Shown: positions 36,728 through 51,848, counted from the stretch's first letter. The stretch is DNA of 64,000 nucleotides from Candidatus Dormiibacterota bacterium (GCA_027306885.1 DAHUYV010000012.1:10565-74564), one strand, 5' to 3'. A program made the numbers and translations. Notes: generated from the letters alone by a model not told the origin.

Positions 36728-37861
36728 CTACTTGCCGAGGAGCTGTCCCCCGGCGAGCAGGTTGCCGGGCAGCGCCGGGTCCAGCCCGACGCCGCGCTCC
36801 AGCGCCTCCCCCACCAGGTCGGTGAGCAGCTCGGCGAACCCCAGCCCACTCGCCTCCCAAAGGTAGAAGGCAAGTGACCCGGGGACGGTGTTGACCTCGT
36901 TGACGTACAGCTCTCCCCCGTCCGAGAGCAGGAAGTCCACCCGAGCGGTGCCGCCGCAGTCCAGGGCGTCGAAGGCGCGCACCGCCAGCTCCTGGATCCG
37001 GGCCCGCAGGGGGGAGGGGATCTGGGCCGGCAGCTCCCTCCGGGGGTCGCCTTTGCCCTTCCCACCCCCCTTGGGGAGCAGCTCTCCGGAGGGCGCGTAC
37101 TTGTCCCGGTACGAGAGGAATCCGGCCTCCTTGCGCGGCCGCTCCACCTCGGAGGCGCGCTCCGGGCGCCTCTTGACCGCGCAGTTGAGGTCCTCGGCCC
37201 CGGGCACCGCGGGCTCCAGGATCGCCTCCCGGTCGAAGCGCAGCGCCAGCTCGACCGCGGCGTTGAGATCTCCCGGCCCGGGGACCAAGGTGACGCCGAT
37301 GCTCGATCCGCTCCGGTTGGGCTTGACCACCAGGGGGTATCCCACCTCCAGGGCGGCGGCCTCCTCCAAGGAGGCCACCCGCTGGCCCCCGACCACCGGC
37401 AGGCCGGCCGCGCCCAGCAGGAGCTTGGAGCGGTGCTTGTCCATCGCCAGCGCCCCGCCGAGAAGGCCGGAGCCCACCTGGGGAAGGCGCAGCACGTCGG
37501 CGAGCCCGGCGAGGGTCCCGTCCTCCCCGTGGCTGCCGTGCACCAGGGGGAAGAGAAGGTCCACCGGGAGCTCCCGCGACCGGCCCAGGAGCCCGCCGCC
37601 GAGGAGCCGAAGTCGGCCGCTGCCGAGGTCGGCGACGACCTCGGCCCCCGCTTCCTCGGGCAGGGCGCCGCGGAAGCTCGCCAGCTGGGCGAAGGCCGGG
37701 TCGGTCCGCCACCGCCCCGACTTGGTCACGTAGAGCGGGACCACCTCGGCGCCGAGCTCGGTCAGCACCGGCATCACCTGACAGGCGGTGATCACGCTGA
37801 TCTCGTGCTCCGGGGAGCGCGACCCGAAGATCACCCCGATGCGCAGCCCGGCCAGGGTCAC
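36728..37861 (-). CDS. ddl: D-alanine--D-alanine ligase
   Basis: N-terminal GVIFGSRSPEHEISV and the ATP-grasp C-terminal domain; overlaps the upstream murF-like stop by 4 nt. Confidence 0.85.
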   Translation of the reverse strand: MTLAGLRIGVIFGSRSPEHEISVITACQVMPVLTELGAEVVPLYVTKSGRWRTDPAFAQLASFRGALPEEAGAEVVADLGSGRLRLLGGGLLGRSRELPVDLLFPLVHGSHGEDGTLAGLADVLRLPQVGSGLLGGALAMDKHRSKLLLGAAGLPVVGGQRVASLEEAAALEVGYPLVVKPNRSGSSIGVTLVPGPGDLNAAVELALRFDREAILEPAVPGAEDLNCAVKRRPERASEVERPRKEAGFLSYRDKYAPSGELLPKGGGKGKGDPRRELPAQIPSPLRARIQELAVRAFDALDCGGTARVDFLLSDGGELYVNEVNTVPGSLAFYLWEASGLGFAELLTDLVGEALERGVGLDPALPGNLLAGGQLLGK

Positions 37862-39438
37862 GGGCGCTCCAGGTACTGGTCGGGCAGGTCGTTCTCGAAA
37901 AGCACGACGCTGCCCGCCCCGGCCACCCGGGGGAGAACCTGCTGGGCCTCACCGAGATCGGCGACCACGCTCACCTGGGCGGCCGGGTAGCCGGCCTCCG
38001 CCAGCCCCCTCGCCACCGGTTCGGTGTGGCGGGGACCGACCAGGATCACGTGGGTGCAGACCGCCGCCGCCCGCCGGCCGAGGTCCAGCATGCTGCTCTC
38101 CTCCTCCGCCCCCAGCTCGATGTATCCCGGGGTGACCATCACCCGCCGCCGCCCGGGCAGCTCGCCCAGCAGCCGCAGGGCCTCCAGGGCGCCCTCGGGG
38201 TTGGAATTGTAGGCATCGTCGATGATGGTCACCCCGCCCTGGCGGGTCACCTCCAGCCGATGGGGGGCGCCGCGCAGGCCGGCCGCGCGCTCCACCAGCT
38301 TCTCGGGCGCCACCCCCAGCTCCACGGCGACCGCCAGGGCGCAGAGCAGATCGGAGAGGAGGTGACGGCCGAAGAGCGGGACCTCCAGCTCCAGCGCCTC
38401 GCCGCCGCTGCCCCGCAGGCGGCAGCGGGTGGTCGAGTCCAGGGTCTCCTGCCCCTCCAGCCACCAGCGGTCTCCGGGACTGCCGACCTCGACCAGGCGG
38501 GCCCGCAGGGGGGCCAGGAGGGTCTCCCGCTCCCGGATCTCCGAGGGAACCACGGCGAAGCCGTCCCCGGGGAGCGCCGCCAGCAGCTCGGACTTGGCCA
38601 CCGCGACCCGCCCCTGGCTCCCGAAGCGCTCCAGGTGCATCGGCCCCACCGCCGTCACCACCCCCACCCGGGGATGGGTGAACGAGCAGATCTCGGCGAT
38701 CTCGCCGGGTCGGTAGGCACCCATCTCCAGCACCGCAAACCGGTGCCGATCCCCCAGCCCCTCGTTGATCGCGCGGCACACCCCCAGCGTGGTGTTGAAG
38801 CTGGCCGGGGTGGCGAAGCAGCTGCCCTCAGGCTCGTCCAGGAGCTGCGCCAAGAGGACCTTGGTGGTGGTCTTGCCGTAGCTGCCGGTTATCCCGACCA
38901 CCAGGGGAGCGACGAAGGCGAGGCGCGCCTCGGCCGCCGCCATGAAGGAGCGGCGGCGGCGCAGCTCGTCAGGAGCGGCGAGCGCCGAGGCGCCGCTGAG
39001 GGCCAGGACGCAGACCAGGTCGGCCAGCCCCGGGCCCAGGACCCCCACCGGCCCCGCCCAGAAGAGGAGGAGGAGCAGGCCGAGGAGGAGGGCGCCAGCC
39101 AGCCCGGCGAGCCGTCGGGCCCGCCCCGTCCAGCGCAGCTGGGCGCGGTTGGCGAAGGGCTGGCCGAGGGCCAGGGGCGCCAGCGCGGCCCCCAGCAGCG
39201 GCAGCGGGCGCCACCCCGCCGGCACCAGGGCAAAGGCCACGCCGAGGACCAGGGCGCAGCCCAGAAGGGCAGCGGGCAGGAGGGGACGGGAGGAGAGTCG
39301 CCGGCGCAGGGTGGGCCAGAGCCGGGAGGGCAGGTACTCGTCCAGCTGGAAGAGGTAGGTCCAGCCCCGGACGCGCGGTGCGAGGGCCGCCAGCCCGACC
39401 ACCGCGAGCGCCAGCGCCTGCCAGAGTGGGATCAGCAC
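37858..39438 (-). CDS. murF: MurF-like Mur ligase (UDP-MurNAc-tripeptide--D-Ala-D-Ala ligase family) with ~185-aa polytopic membrane N-terminal domain
   Basis: GITGSYGKTTTK P-loop, DDAYNSNP motif, HRLE; the N-terminal segment is hydrophobic (LLGLLLLLFWAG...) and in-frame with ~100% GC3. Confidence 0.65.
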   Translation of the reverse strand: MLIPLWQALALAVVGLAALAPRVRGWTYLFQLDEYLPSRLWPTLRRRLSSRPLLPAALLGCALVLGVAFALVPAGWRPLPLLGAALAPLALGQPFANRAQLRWTGRARRLAGLAGALLLGLLLLLFWAGPVGVLGPGLADLVCVLALSGASALAAPDELRRRRSFMAAAEARLAFVAPLVVGITGSYGKTTTKVLLAQLLDEPEGSCFATPASFNTTLGVCRAINEGLGDRHRFAVLEMGAYRPGEIAEICSFTHPRVGVVTAVGPMHLERFGSQGRVAVAKSELLAALPGDGFAVVPSEIRERETLLAPLRARLVEVGSPGDRWWLEGQETLDSTTRCRLRGSGGEALELEVPLFGRHLLSDLLCALAVAVELGVAPEKLVERAAGLRGAPHRLEVTRQGGVTIIDDAYNSNPEGALEALRLLGELPGRRRVMVTPGYIELGAEEESSMLDLGRRAAAVCTHVILVGPRHTEPVARGLAEAGYPAAQVSVVADLGEAQQVLPRVAGAGSVVLFENDLPDQYLERP

Positions 39439-39442
39439 CGGC

Positions 39443-40240
39443 TCAGACCTTCGCGTCCATCAGGGCGTCAAACACGGCGGCGAAGCGGGCCGCCTGGTCG
39501 AGGAAGGGGAAGTGGCCGCTGCCCTCGAAGACCACCAGCTCAGCCCCGGGCACCAGCTCCTGCAGCCGCTTGGCGTTGGGCTCCAGGGGCAGCTCGGGGT
39601 CGACCGCTCCCCAGACGATCAGGGTCGGGACGGCCAGCCGGCGGGCGAGCGGGGTGAGGTCCTCGTTCACCGCCGCCACCAGGGTGGCCCGTAGCTCAGG
39701 GGAGGCGGCCCGGTAGTCAGCCGACCCGAATCGGGAGGTGAGCCACGCCTCCCAGTTGCTCGCCGCGCGCCCCGGAAGACCGCGGCCCGCGGCCCTCAGC
39801 GCCTTGAAGAGGCGGACCCTCGGTCCCGGCCGTCGCTCCGCCTCCGGCCGGATCCCCGAAGGGGCGCAGAGGAGCAACCGGTCGGGGGGGCTGCTGCCGG
39901 CGGTCAGGCGCATGGCGACCGCGCCTCCGTACGAGTGCCCCAGCAGGCTGTACCGGGGGCCGGCCACCTGGCCCAGCCAGCCGTCCAGGAGTTCGGCGTA
40001 CTTCGAGGTGGTCCAGCCCCCACCCCCGATCGGGGACTCCCCAAACCCGGGGAGGTCGGGCGCCAGCAGCCGGCGGCCGCTGCCGCTGGCCCGGAGCAGG
40101 GCGGAGTACGTGGAGGCACTGGCTCCCCAGCCGTGCAGGAGCACCACCGGAGGGTCGCCTCCCGGGCGCTCCAAATAGGAGACGGTCTGGTCCCCAACGC
40201 TCCCCTGGGCTCGTTGCGGGGCGGGCCGGACGGGCGGCAT
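39443..40240 (-). CDS. Alpha/beta hydrolase fold protein
   Basis: VVLLHGWGAS oxyanion region and GHSYGG nucleophile elbow. Confidence 0.7.
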   Translation of the reverse strand: MPPVRPAPQRAQGSVGDQTVSYLERPGGDPPVVLLHGWGASASTYSALLRASGSGRRLLAPDLPGFGESPIGGGGWTTSKYAELLDGWLGQVAGPRYSLLGHSYGGAVAMRLTAGSSPPDRLLLCAPSGIRPEAERRPGPRVRLFKALRAAGRGLPGRAASNWEAWLTSRFGSADYRAASPELRATLVAAVNEDLTPLARRLAVPTLIVWGAVDPELPLEPNAKRLQELVPGAELVVFEGSGHFPFLDQAARFAAVFDALMDAKV

Positions 40241-40328
40241 CTGAACTGGAGTCTAAGGGATGTCTCAGCCGGGCCGGTTCCGGACCTGCTCTGATGTCGA
40301 GGTGGGCCCCTCTATAATCCCGCCTGCC

Positions 40329-41030
40329 ATGGCAACTCCGGAGCGGCTGCCCGGGGCCGGTCCCCCCCGGATCCTGGTGGTCGACGATGAGGCCGCCATC
40401 CGCGACTTCATCGAGCTGGGGCTGAGCCGGGAGGGCTTCGAGGTACGCACGGCGCCGGACGGCAGGGCCGCCCTCACCGCGGTGGACCAGTTCGAGCCGG
40501 ACGTGGTGATCGTGGACGTGATGATGCCCCGGATGGATGGGCTCGAGCTCACCCGCGCGCTCGCCGGGCACCCGCGCCGGGGGGTGATCATCCTCAGCGC
40601 CCGCGACGAGACCAGAGACCGCGTGGTGGGACTGGAGCTGGGCGCTGACGACTACCTGGTCAAGCCCTTCGAGTTCGCCGAGCTGGTGGCCCGGGTGCGG
40701 TCGGTCCTGCGCCGGCGGCAGCCGGAGCAGGCAACGATCCTGCGTGCGGGTCCGCTGGTGCTGGATCGGGCCCGGCGCACCGCCGAGCTGGACGGGCGGG
40801 AGGTGGAGCTCTCCCCCCGAGAGTTCGACCTCCTGTACTTCCTCGCCCAGCACCCCGGCCAGGTGCTGGAGCGCGATCACCTCCTCAACGCCGTCTGGGG
40901 CGTCTCCTTCTACGGCGATGACAACAACCTCGAGGTGTACGTGCGGTACCTCCGGCGCAAGCTGGGCGACGACGACCGCCGGCTGATCCAGACGGTGCGC
41001 GGGGTCGGCTACCGCCTTGCCGTCCGCTGA
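40329..41030 (+). CDS. OmpR-family response regulator
   Basis: Receiver (RILVVDDEAAIRDF...VVIVDVMMPRMDG) plus winged helix (LSPREFDLLYFLAQHPGQV...GVGYRL). Confidence 0.85.
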   Translation: MATPERLPGAGPPRILVVDDEAAIRDFIELGLSREGFEVRTAPDGRAALTAVDQFEPDVVIVDVMMPRMDGLELTRALAGHPRRGVIILSARDETRDRVVGLELGADDYLVKPFEFAELVARVRSVLRRRQPEQATILRAGPLVLDRARRTAELDGREVELSPREFDLLYFLAQHPGQVLERDHLLNAVWGVSFYGDDNNLEVYVRYLRRKLGDDDRRLIQTVRGVGYRLAVR

Positions 41031-42540
41031 GCCGGGGACCACCCCCCGGGTCGTCTGGTACCGAAGCCTCCGCTGGCGGCTGACCCTCAGCTTCGTCGCC
41101 CTCCTCGCGGTGCTGCTGACGGTGGCCGGCACCGTGGAGTACTCCCTTCTCCGGGAGGCCGTGATCTCCGCCCGGGCCCAGTCGATGCGCACCACCTTCT
41201 ACGACGCGCGCTCCCTGGTCCTGCGCCAGCAGCGGCTCCGCCTGGCCAAGGGCCGGGTCCCGCTCTCGGGGCCGGCGGTGGCCCGGGAGCTGGTGAACCA
41301 GATCGCCGTGGATCAGATGTCGGCGGAGGCGTGGGGCCCGGGCCTCGCCGTCCTCGCCACCGCGGCTCCGGGCAGCCCCTCCCACCCGGCGGTGCGGACC
41401 GGGGTCTCCCTGCCCCGGCTGCCCAACTCCTCCCTTCTGGCGGCGGCCCAGTTCGACACCACCGGGCAACCCACCCTCCTCGGGTCGGGCAGCTCCGAGA
41501 CCGTGGCGATGGTCTTCCCCCTCGCCGACGCCTCGGGCACCAGCCTCGGTGCCGTGGAGGTGGTGCAATCCGCGACCTCCGTGGAGAAGGAGCTGGGCCG
41601 CGCCCGCCTGGTGCTGGGGCTGGGCGCCCTGGCGGTCCTGCTGGTCGCCCTGGGGATCGGCCTGTGGGTCACCTCCCGCACCCTGCGGAGGCTGGAGCGG
41701 CTCACCGGTGCCGCCGAGCGGCTGGGTCGGGGCGAGCTCGCCACCCGCTCGGGGTTGTCTCCCGGCGGCGACGAGGTGGGGGTGCTGGCGGGGGTGTTCG
41801 ACCAGATGGCTGAGGGGGTGGAGCACACCGTGGCGGTGCGCGAGGAGGCCACCCGGCAGATGCGTCGGTTCATCGCCGACGCCTCGCACGAGCTGCGCAC
41901 GCCGCTGACCGCGATCAAGGGCTACCTGGAGGTGCTCCAGCGGGGCGCGGCGCAGGACCCCCAGGCGGTGCAGCGGGCGCTTCCGATCATGGCCGCCGAG
42001 GCCGAGCGGATGCGTCGGCTGGTGACCGACCTCCTGGCGCTGGCCCGCGCCGACTCCTCAAGGGTGATCGAGCTGCGGGCGGTGGACCTCGGACAGCTCC
42101 TCCGGGAGTTCCTCGAGGCACGGGGCGAGGAGGCCGGGCCGGGGGTTGGCCAGGGCGTGGTGGCCGAGGCCGACCCCGATGCCCTGCTCACCGTCTGCAC
42201 CAACCTCCAGACGAACGCGGAGCGTCACGGGGAGGGCAAGGCGATCACCTGGTCCACCTTCCAGGAGGGGTCGCAGGTGGGGTTCACCTGCTCGGACCAG
42301 GGCCCGGGGATCTCCCCCGAAGACCTCCCCCACCTGTTCGAGCGCTTCTATCGCGCCGGCGAGTCCCGGTCCCGGGACGAGGGGGGCAGCGGCCTCGGCC
42401 TGGCCATCGCAAGGTCACTGGTTGAGGCCCAGGGCGGCACGGTGGAGGTGAGCTCGGAAAAGGGCCTGGGGGCCACCTTCACCGTCCGGCTCCGGGCCGC
42501 CAGGACGTCCGGCTGGGTCGCTCCGGCCCCCGCCGACTGA
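41017..42540 (+). CDS. Sensor histidine kinase (2 TM, HAMP, HisKA, HATPase_c)
   Basis: H-box ASHELRTPLTAIKGY, N/G boxes (NAERHG, DQGPGI, GSGLGLAI); overlaps the RR gene by 14 nt. Confidence 0.85.
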   Translation: MPSAEPGTTPRVVWYRSLRWRLTLSFVALLAVLLTVAGTVEYSLLREAVISARAQSMRTTFYDARSLVLRQQRLRLAKGRVPLSGPAVARELVNQIAVDQMSAEAWGPGLAVLATAAPGSPSHPAVRTGVSLPRLPNSSLLAAAQFDTTGQPTLLGSGSSETVAMVFPLADASGTSLGAVEVVQSATSVEKELGRARLVLGLGALAVLLVALGIGLWVTSRTLRRLERLTGAAERLGRGELATRSGLSPGGDEVGVLAGVFDQMAEGVEHTVAVREEATRQMRRFIADASHELRTPLTAIKGYLEVLQRGAAQDPQAVQRALPIMAAEAERMRRLVTDLLALARADSSRVIELRAVDLGQLLREFLEARGEEAGPGVGQGVVAEADPDALLTVCTNLQTNAERHGEGKAITWSTFQEGSQVGFTCSDQGPGISPEDLPHLFERFYRAGESRSRDEGGSGLGLAIARSLVEAQGGTVEVSSEKGLGATFTVRLRAARTSGWVAPAPAD

Positions 42541-42568
42541 CCGGGGGCGCTGCCTGGCGCCGCCTCGT

Positions 42569-42811
42569 TCAGCGGGCGCGAACCACCAGCAGGCGCACCA
42601 CGCCGGGCTCGATCCATGCCCCCCGCTCTCGGACCTCCTGCCCCTCCTCGGAGAGCGACCGGGGGACGGATTCGGCAGCCTCCCCCTCGTCCAGCAGCAC
42701 CTCGAGCTCGGCTCCCACGGCCAGCCGGCCCAGCGCCACCTTGGTCCGAACGAACGTGAGCGGACAGGTGACCCCGCGGAGGTCGAGGGTGTCGGGTGGT
42801 GGTTCGGGCAT
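42569..42811 (-). CDS. TusA/SirA-like small sulfur-carrier-fold protein
   Basis: LDLRGVTCPLTFV (CPxx near-N-terminal motif of the TusA family), 80 aa. Confidence 0.55.
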   Translation of the reverse strand: MPEPPPDTLDLRGVTCPLTFVRTKVALGRLAVGAELEVLLDEGEAAESVPRSLSEEGQEVRERGAWIEPGVVRLLVVRAR

Positions 42812-42860
42812 GATCTCCAGCGCCCCGGGGCTGGGCGAGTGTACCGGACCAACCGGCGGA

Positions 42861-44033
42861 TCAGCCGGAGGGCCGCTCCCACCCGGGACCCTCGAGTCCT
42901 CCCCGGGCGCCGCCCACCTGCCCCTCCAGCCAGCTCCGCACCCCGGCGGGCTGGTCCTGGACCAGCCGGGGCCAGCTCCGACGCCAGCGCCGGGGCGGGA
43001 CCACCCACAGCCAGCTGGGGTCCAGGCGGGCCCCGCGCATGACCTTGGCGTGCCAGCTGGCCAGCCCCAGGTGCAGGCTTCGGGCCCCGGTGCGGATGCC
43101 GTGCTCCAGGGGCAGGTAGAAGGCGAGGTTGAAGTAGGCGGCGGCGTCGGCGACCTCCGGGTAGTCGAAGCCGGCGGCGCGCCCGTACAGGGTGTCGCCC
43201 CAGCGGTAGAAGAGGGTGAAGCCGACCGGCCGATCGCGGCGCCGGCAGATCAGCACCCAGCTGCAGGAGTCGAGCTGCTCGGCCTGGCGGCGGAACTCGC
43301 CCTCGAGCTCCGAAACCGAGGAGCGGTGACCGTACTTCGCCTGGAGCGGGGCCGCCAGGCGGGCCAGCTCCTCCCAGCACTCCGAGAGCCTCGCCTCGGC
43401 GACCGAGAGGGAGCTGGAGGAGAAGCGGGCCCGCTCCCGGCGCACGAAGTGCCGCCGGGAGGGGCTGAGGGAGGCCAGGTAGCCATCGAAGTCACTGAAG
43501 TCGATGTCCAGGGAGGCGCTTCCAGAGCCGAGCATGACCTGATCGCGCACCCCGAGGGCGTCGGCCAGCTGCGCCGCCGCCCTTGAAGTCAGCCACATCG
43601 CGGCCGAGCTGGCACAACCGCCCTTGCGCCCCAGCCGAAGCGCCGCCCGCAGCATCGGGCGAAGGACCCTTGCCGGGTGGTCCCGGGCGCGGGGATGGAT
43701 CAGCCACTCGTTCACGTACCCCGAGCGCGTCCCGACAAACATGGTCGGCCGCCACTCCGAAGGGGCGCTCCGGTCGCCGACGACCCAACCCCCGCCGATC
43801 GCCACCGGGTCGTAGTTGTCGAGAGCGGGGGCGGGGCGGCCATCCCAGATGTAGCAGGGCAGTGCCCCGACCAGCTTGGAGTCCCCCTCATACGCCAGGA
43901 GATATCGCGCCTCGATGGCCGGGTCGGGCTCGACCGCGAGCAGGTAGGGGCGGCTGACCATGAGGCCGGCCCCGCTGGTCAGCTCCTCGAAGGCAAGCTG
44001 GTCCACCGTCCCCAGACGGTCGACCACCTCCAC
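42861..44033 (-). CDS. FemAB-like GNAT (peptidoglycan-bridge-formation-like acyltransferase fold, DUF482/Acetyltransf_6-like)
   Basis: Two-lobed GNAT-like sequence (YLLAYEGDSKLVGALPCYIW..., FTLFYRWGDTLYGRAAGFDY); start set at the GTG at 44033, just downstream of the ABC-2 permease stop. Confidence 0.55.
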   Translation of the reverse strand: MEVVDRLGTVDQLAFEELTSGAGLMVSRPYLLAVEPDPAIEARYLLAYEGDSKLVGALPCYIWDGRPAPALDNYDPVAIGGGWVVGDRSAPSEWRPTMFVGTRSGYVNEWLIHPRARDHPARVLRPMLRAALRLGRKGGCASSAAMWLTSRAAAQLADALGVRDQVMLGSGSASLDIDFSDFDGYLASLSPSRRHFVRRERARFSSSSLSVAEARLSECWEELARLAAPLQAKYGHRSSVSELEGEFRRQAEQLDSCSWVLICRRRDRPVGFTLFYRWGDTLYGRAAGFDYPEVADAAAYFNLAFYLPLEHGIRTGARSLHLGLASWHAKVMRGARLDPSWLWVVPPRRWRRSWPRLVQDQPAGVRSWLEGQVGGARGGLEGPGWERPSG

Positions 44034-44061
44034 GCGGACCCGGGGCGGCCGAGTCCCCGCC

Positions 44062-44883
44062 TCAGAGCCGGTCGAAGGCACCGGTGCGCCGGCCCGAGCG
44101 CTCGAAGTGGCGGAAGAGCAGGTAGGCGAAGGCCGCCCAGCAGCAGCCCACCAGCAGCTCCAAGAGGATGTCGGAGACCGCGGCGCCACCGCCCCGGCCC
44201 GCCGCCAGCAACCGGCCGGCGGCGATCCCGTGGGTGAGCGGGAGGAATTGGGCGAGCCCCCGGACCGCGCCGGGGAGCTGGCTCAGAGGCACCTCCACCC
44301 CGCAGACCAGCAGGACCGCGAAGTAGGCGATGTTGGAGATGAGGAAGACGTCGCGCACCCGGAGCCCCACCGACCCCAGCGCCATGCCAAAGCCGGTGCA
44401 GGAGCCGGCGGTGACCAGCACCGTCAGCAACAGCATCGGCAGCTCCGCCGGCGCCGGCCGGAAGCCGAGGATGAGCGCCGACACCAGGAACCCGAAGCAG
44501 GTCGTCTGGAAGCCGGTGATCAGGACCGGCAGCCCGCGCCCGAGGAAGACCGCCAGGCGGTTGCTGGGGGTGGCCAGGATCGGGCTGAGGGTCTGGAACT
44601 GGCGCTCGTTGGAGATCGCCATCGTCATGCCGTAGATGCCCGACATGCTGCAGATCTGAATCGAGTTCCCGACCACGAAGAAGGCCGTCGACCCGACCCC
44701 CGCGGCCCTTCCCAGGTAGACGAAGAAGAGGATCTGGAAGAGCGGTGCGGCCAGCATGGTGGGCACGTACTGCCAGGGGTTGATCCAGTAGAAGAGGGCT
44801 CGGTAGGAGATCAACCCGCCGATGAGGAAGACCCGCCAGAAGTGGCCCCGCGAGCCCGCTTCGGTGGCGGCCAGGGCGCTCAC
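44062..44883 (-). CDS. ABC-2 type transporter permease
   Basis: 6 TM helices, ABC2_membrane features. Confidence 0.75.
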   Translation of the reverse strand: MSALAATEAGSRGHFWRVFLIGGLISYRALFYWINPWQYVPTMLAAPLFQILFFVYLGRAAGVGSTAFFVVGNSIQICSMSGIYGMTMAISNERQFQTLSPILATPSNRLAVFLGRGLPVLITGFQTTCFGFLVSALILGFRPAPAELPMLLLTVLVTAGSCTGFGMALGSVGLRVRDVFLISNIAYFAVLLVCGVEVPLSQLPGAVRGLAQFLPLTHGIAAGRLLAAGRGGGAAVSDILLELLVGCCWAAFAYLLFRHFERSGRRTGAFDRL

Positions 44884-45685
44884 TGGAAGTTGAGGGTGGC
44901 GGTCCGGCGGGCCCGGTGCTCCACCTTTCCCACCAGCCAGACGCCGAGCCCGAGATAGGCGACCGAGGCGACTAGGCAGAAGCCGATGTCCGGCAGTGGC
45001 TGCCCCCCGAGGGCGGTGGCGCGCAACGCCTGCACCCCCCAGGTGGGGGCCAGGGCGTAGGCGATCGGACGGGTCCAGCCGGGGAGCAGTGACAGCGGCA
45101 CCAGAAGTCCGGTCACCAGCCAGACCGGGTACTCCAGCATGTTGGAGATGGCGTTGGAGTTGCGGTAGAGGACGAAGCTGGAGCCCATCACCAGCCCCAG
45201 GAGCCCGAGGCTGACCACCGTGAGCACGGCGCTCACCGAGAACAGCAGGGGGTCGGCCATCTGGACATGGGCCCGGAACACCACCTCCGCCCAGACCAGG
45301 GTGGCCGCCATCGAGTAGAGCCCCACCGTGGCGGTGCCGAGGGTGATCCCCATCAGCACCAGGACGAAGGGCACCGGGGCCATCACCAGCGGCTCCAGCA
45401 TCCCCTGGTGGCGCTGCCAGGAGATCACCCCGCCGCAGCCGAAGACCACCGTCGACCAGATGCCCATGATCCCCGCGCCGAGGGCGTAGTACAGGATGGG
45501 CAGGCTGCGGGTCCCCGCCTGCTGGTCGGCCATGGCGATGGTGGCGAAGATGAGCGGCTGGACCAGCGCGGTCATGATCATGAAGCCCGACTGCGCCTGC
45601 ATCTTCAGCTGGTAGAACCAGCCGATGGCGAGCACCCGCGGCCAGCGCAGGGGCTCCGCCATCCGCGCCGCCAGCGACCTGCGGC

Positions 45686-45689
<4 letters not shown>
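44880..45689 (-). CDS. ABC-2 type transporter permease (second TMD subunit)
   Basis: 6 TM helices; 4-nt overlap with both neighbours. Confidence 0.75.
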
Positions 45690-46645
<956 letters not shown>

Positions 46646-46690
46646 CGCCAGGTCGCCAGGGGGTCGGTGTGCCCCAGACAAGAGTGGTGG

Positions 46691-46696
46691 ATTATA
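46691..46696 (-). promoter_or_regulatory. Candidate -10 promoter element (perfect TATAAT) for the ABC-2 operon
   Basis: Minus-strand TCGGTATAATCC a few nt upstream of the candidate TTG start; a perfect TATAAT is rare in 72% GC DNA. Confidence 0.3.
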
Positions 46697-46940
46697 CCGA
46701 ATGGATGTGCGAGGGGCGTCGGGTGCCCGCGAGGGCTGGTGGGCCAGCTCCAGACGATCCCCGCGGCGAGCGCCGGCGGGATCCCGGCGGCAGCGGAGCG
46801 GACGGCTCAGGTCCCGCGCCCAAGAGGATTCAGCCGGTCCCCCGAGCGGTCCGCCCGACCTGCCCAGGTGGCGCTCCACCGTCGGCGAGCCGGCGCCGAC
46901 TCGACGTCCCATCCGCGGCACCGGGCGGGGCGCTGCCCCC

Positions 46941-47228
46941 TCAGACTGGCCGCCGCAGGAGCCGGAGCAGCCGCGCTGCCACCGCCCCCAGGCTCACCAC
47001 TGTGAACGCGGCGAGCCCACGCCGGGCGCTGTCGGGGACCCGGCGCCCGGGGGGCGGATACAGGGCTCTGGCGATCGTCGCCGAGGTCCACCCGCTCACC
47101 CATCCGATGAAACCCAAGCGGATCTCGTGCCGGGTCCTCTCGTCGGCCCGAGTCCCGACCGCGATCCAGATGACCGCCCAGACGATCGCACAGCCGATGC
47201 TGTAGCCGGTGTAGGTCCGTGCGTTCAC
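46941..47228 (-). CDS. Small hypothetical membrane protein (2 TM)
   Basis: ATG start; two hydrophobic helices (IGCAIVWAVIWIAVG, LAAFTVVSLGAVAARLL); weakly supported. Confidence 0.35.
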   Translation of the reverse strand: MNARTYTGYSIGCAIVWAVIWIAVGTRADERTRHEIRLGFIGWVSGWTSATIARALYPPPGRRVPDSARRGLAAFTVVSLGAVAARLLRLLRRPV

Positions 47229-47438
47229 CAGCGCAGTCTAGGCGCTGCCGAGAAGATCCACCACCGTCAACGAGACCCGCCCGGGGGACAGCGCGGGAAG
47301 CGCCCCAGGTGTGCCCCAGCCTCTTGAAGGGGGACGCCTACCCCTGGGGGCGGCGCGACGGCGCAGCCGGGAGCCGGCCGGAGCCAACGTGGCGGGCCCT
47401 GATTCCCAGGACTCTTGGATGGGGAACCGGCGCCACCC

Positions 47439-47905
47439 TCAGATCCGGGCGGTGAGCTGCAGCTCCAGGCAGGCTTCCAGGGGGAGCTCGGCTACCCCCA
47501 CCGCGACCCGGGAGTGGGTGCCGGCCGGCCCCAGCACGTCGACCAGCAGCTTGGAGGCGCCGTCGGCCACCTCGGGCTGCCTCGAGAAGTCGGGGGCGCA
47601 GCGCACGAAGACCGAGAGCAGGAGCAGCTGGCGAACTCGCTCCAGCCCTCCGGCCCCGGCCTCCAGCGTCGCCAGGAGGGACAGGGTGGCAAGCTGGGCC
47701 GCCTCCACCCCCTGGGCGACGGTCAGCGACTCCCCGAGCCTGCCGACGACGATCCTGCCGTCGCGCCGGGGGAGCACCCCGGAGGTGACCAGCAGCCCGT
47801 CGGAGACCACCAGGGGCTGGTAGCTGGCCAGCGGGGCGGGCAGCTCGGGCAGCTCGAGCTGGAGGGCGGCCAAGCGTTCCCGTGGAGTGGTGGGCGCAGC
47901 TGGCA

Positions 47906-47906
<1 letters not shown>
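47439..47906 (-). CDS. RidA/YjgF/L-PSP family protein
   Basis: 155-aa chorismate-mutase-like fold sequence; ATG at 47906 overlaps the upstream stop (ATGA). Confidence 0.7.

Positions 47907-51844
<3,938 letters not shown>

Positions 51845-51848
<4 letters not shown>

Noticed and set aside
46682-46921. Possible small ORF upstream of the ABC ATPase (N-terminal part of track ORF 45686..46921)
   Set aside because: GC3 drops to ~70% and the sequence contains the TATAAT promoter element. It is more likely 5' UTR or promoter than coding.
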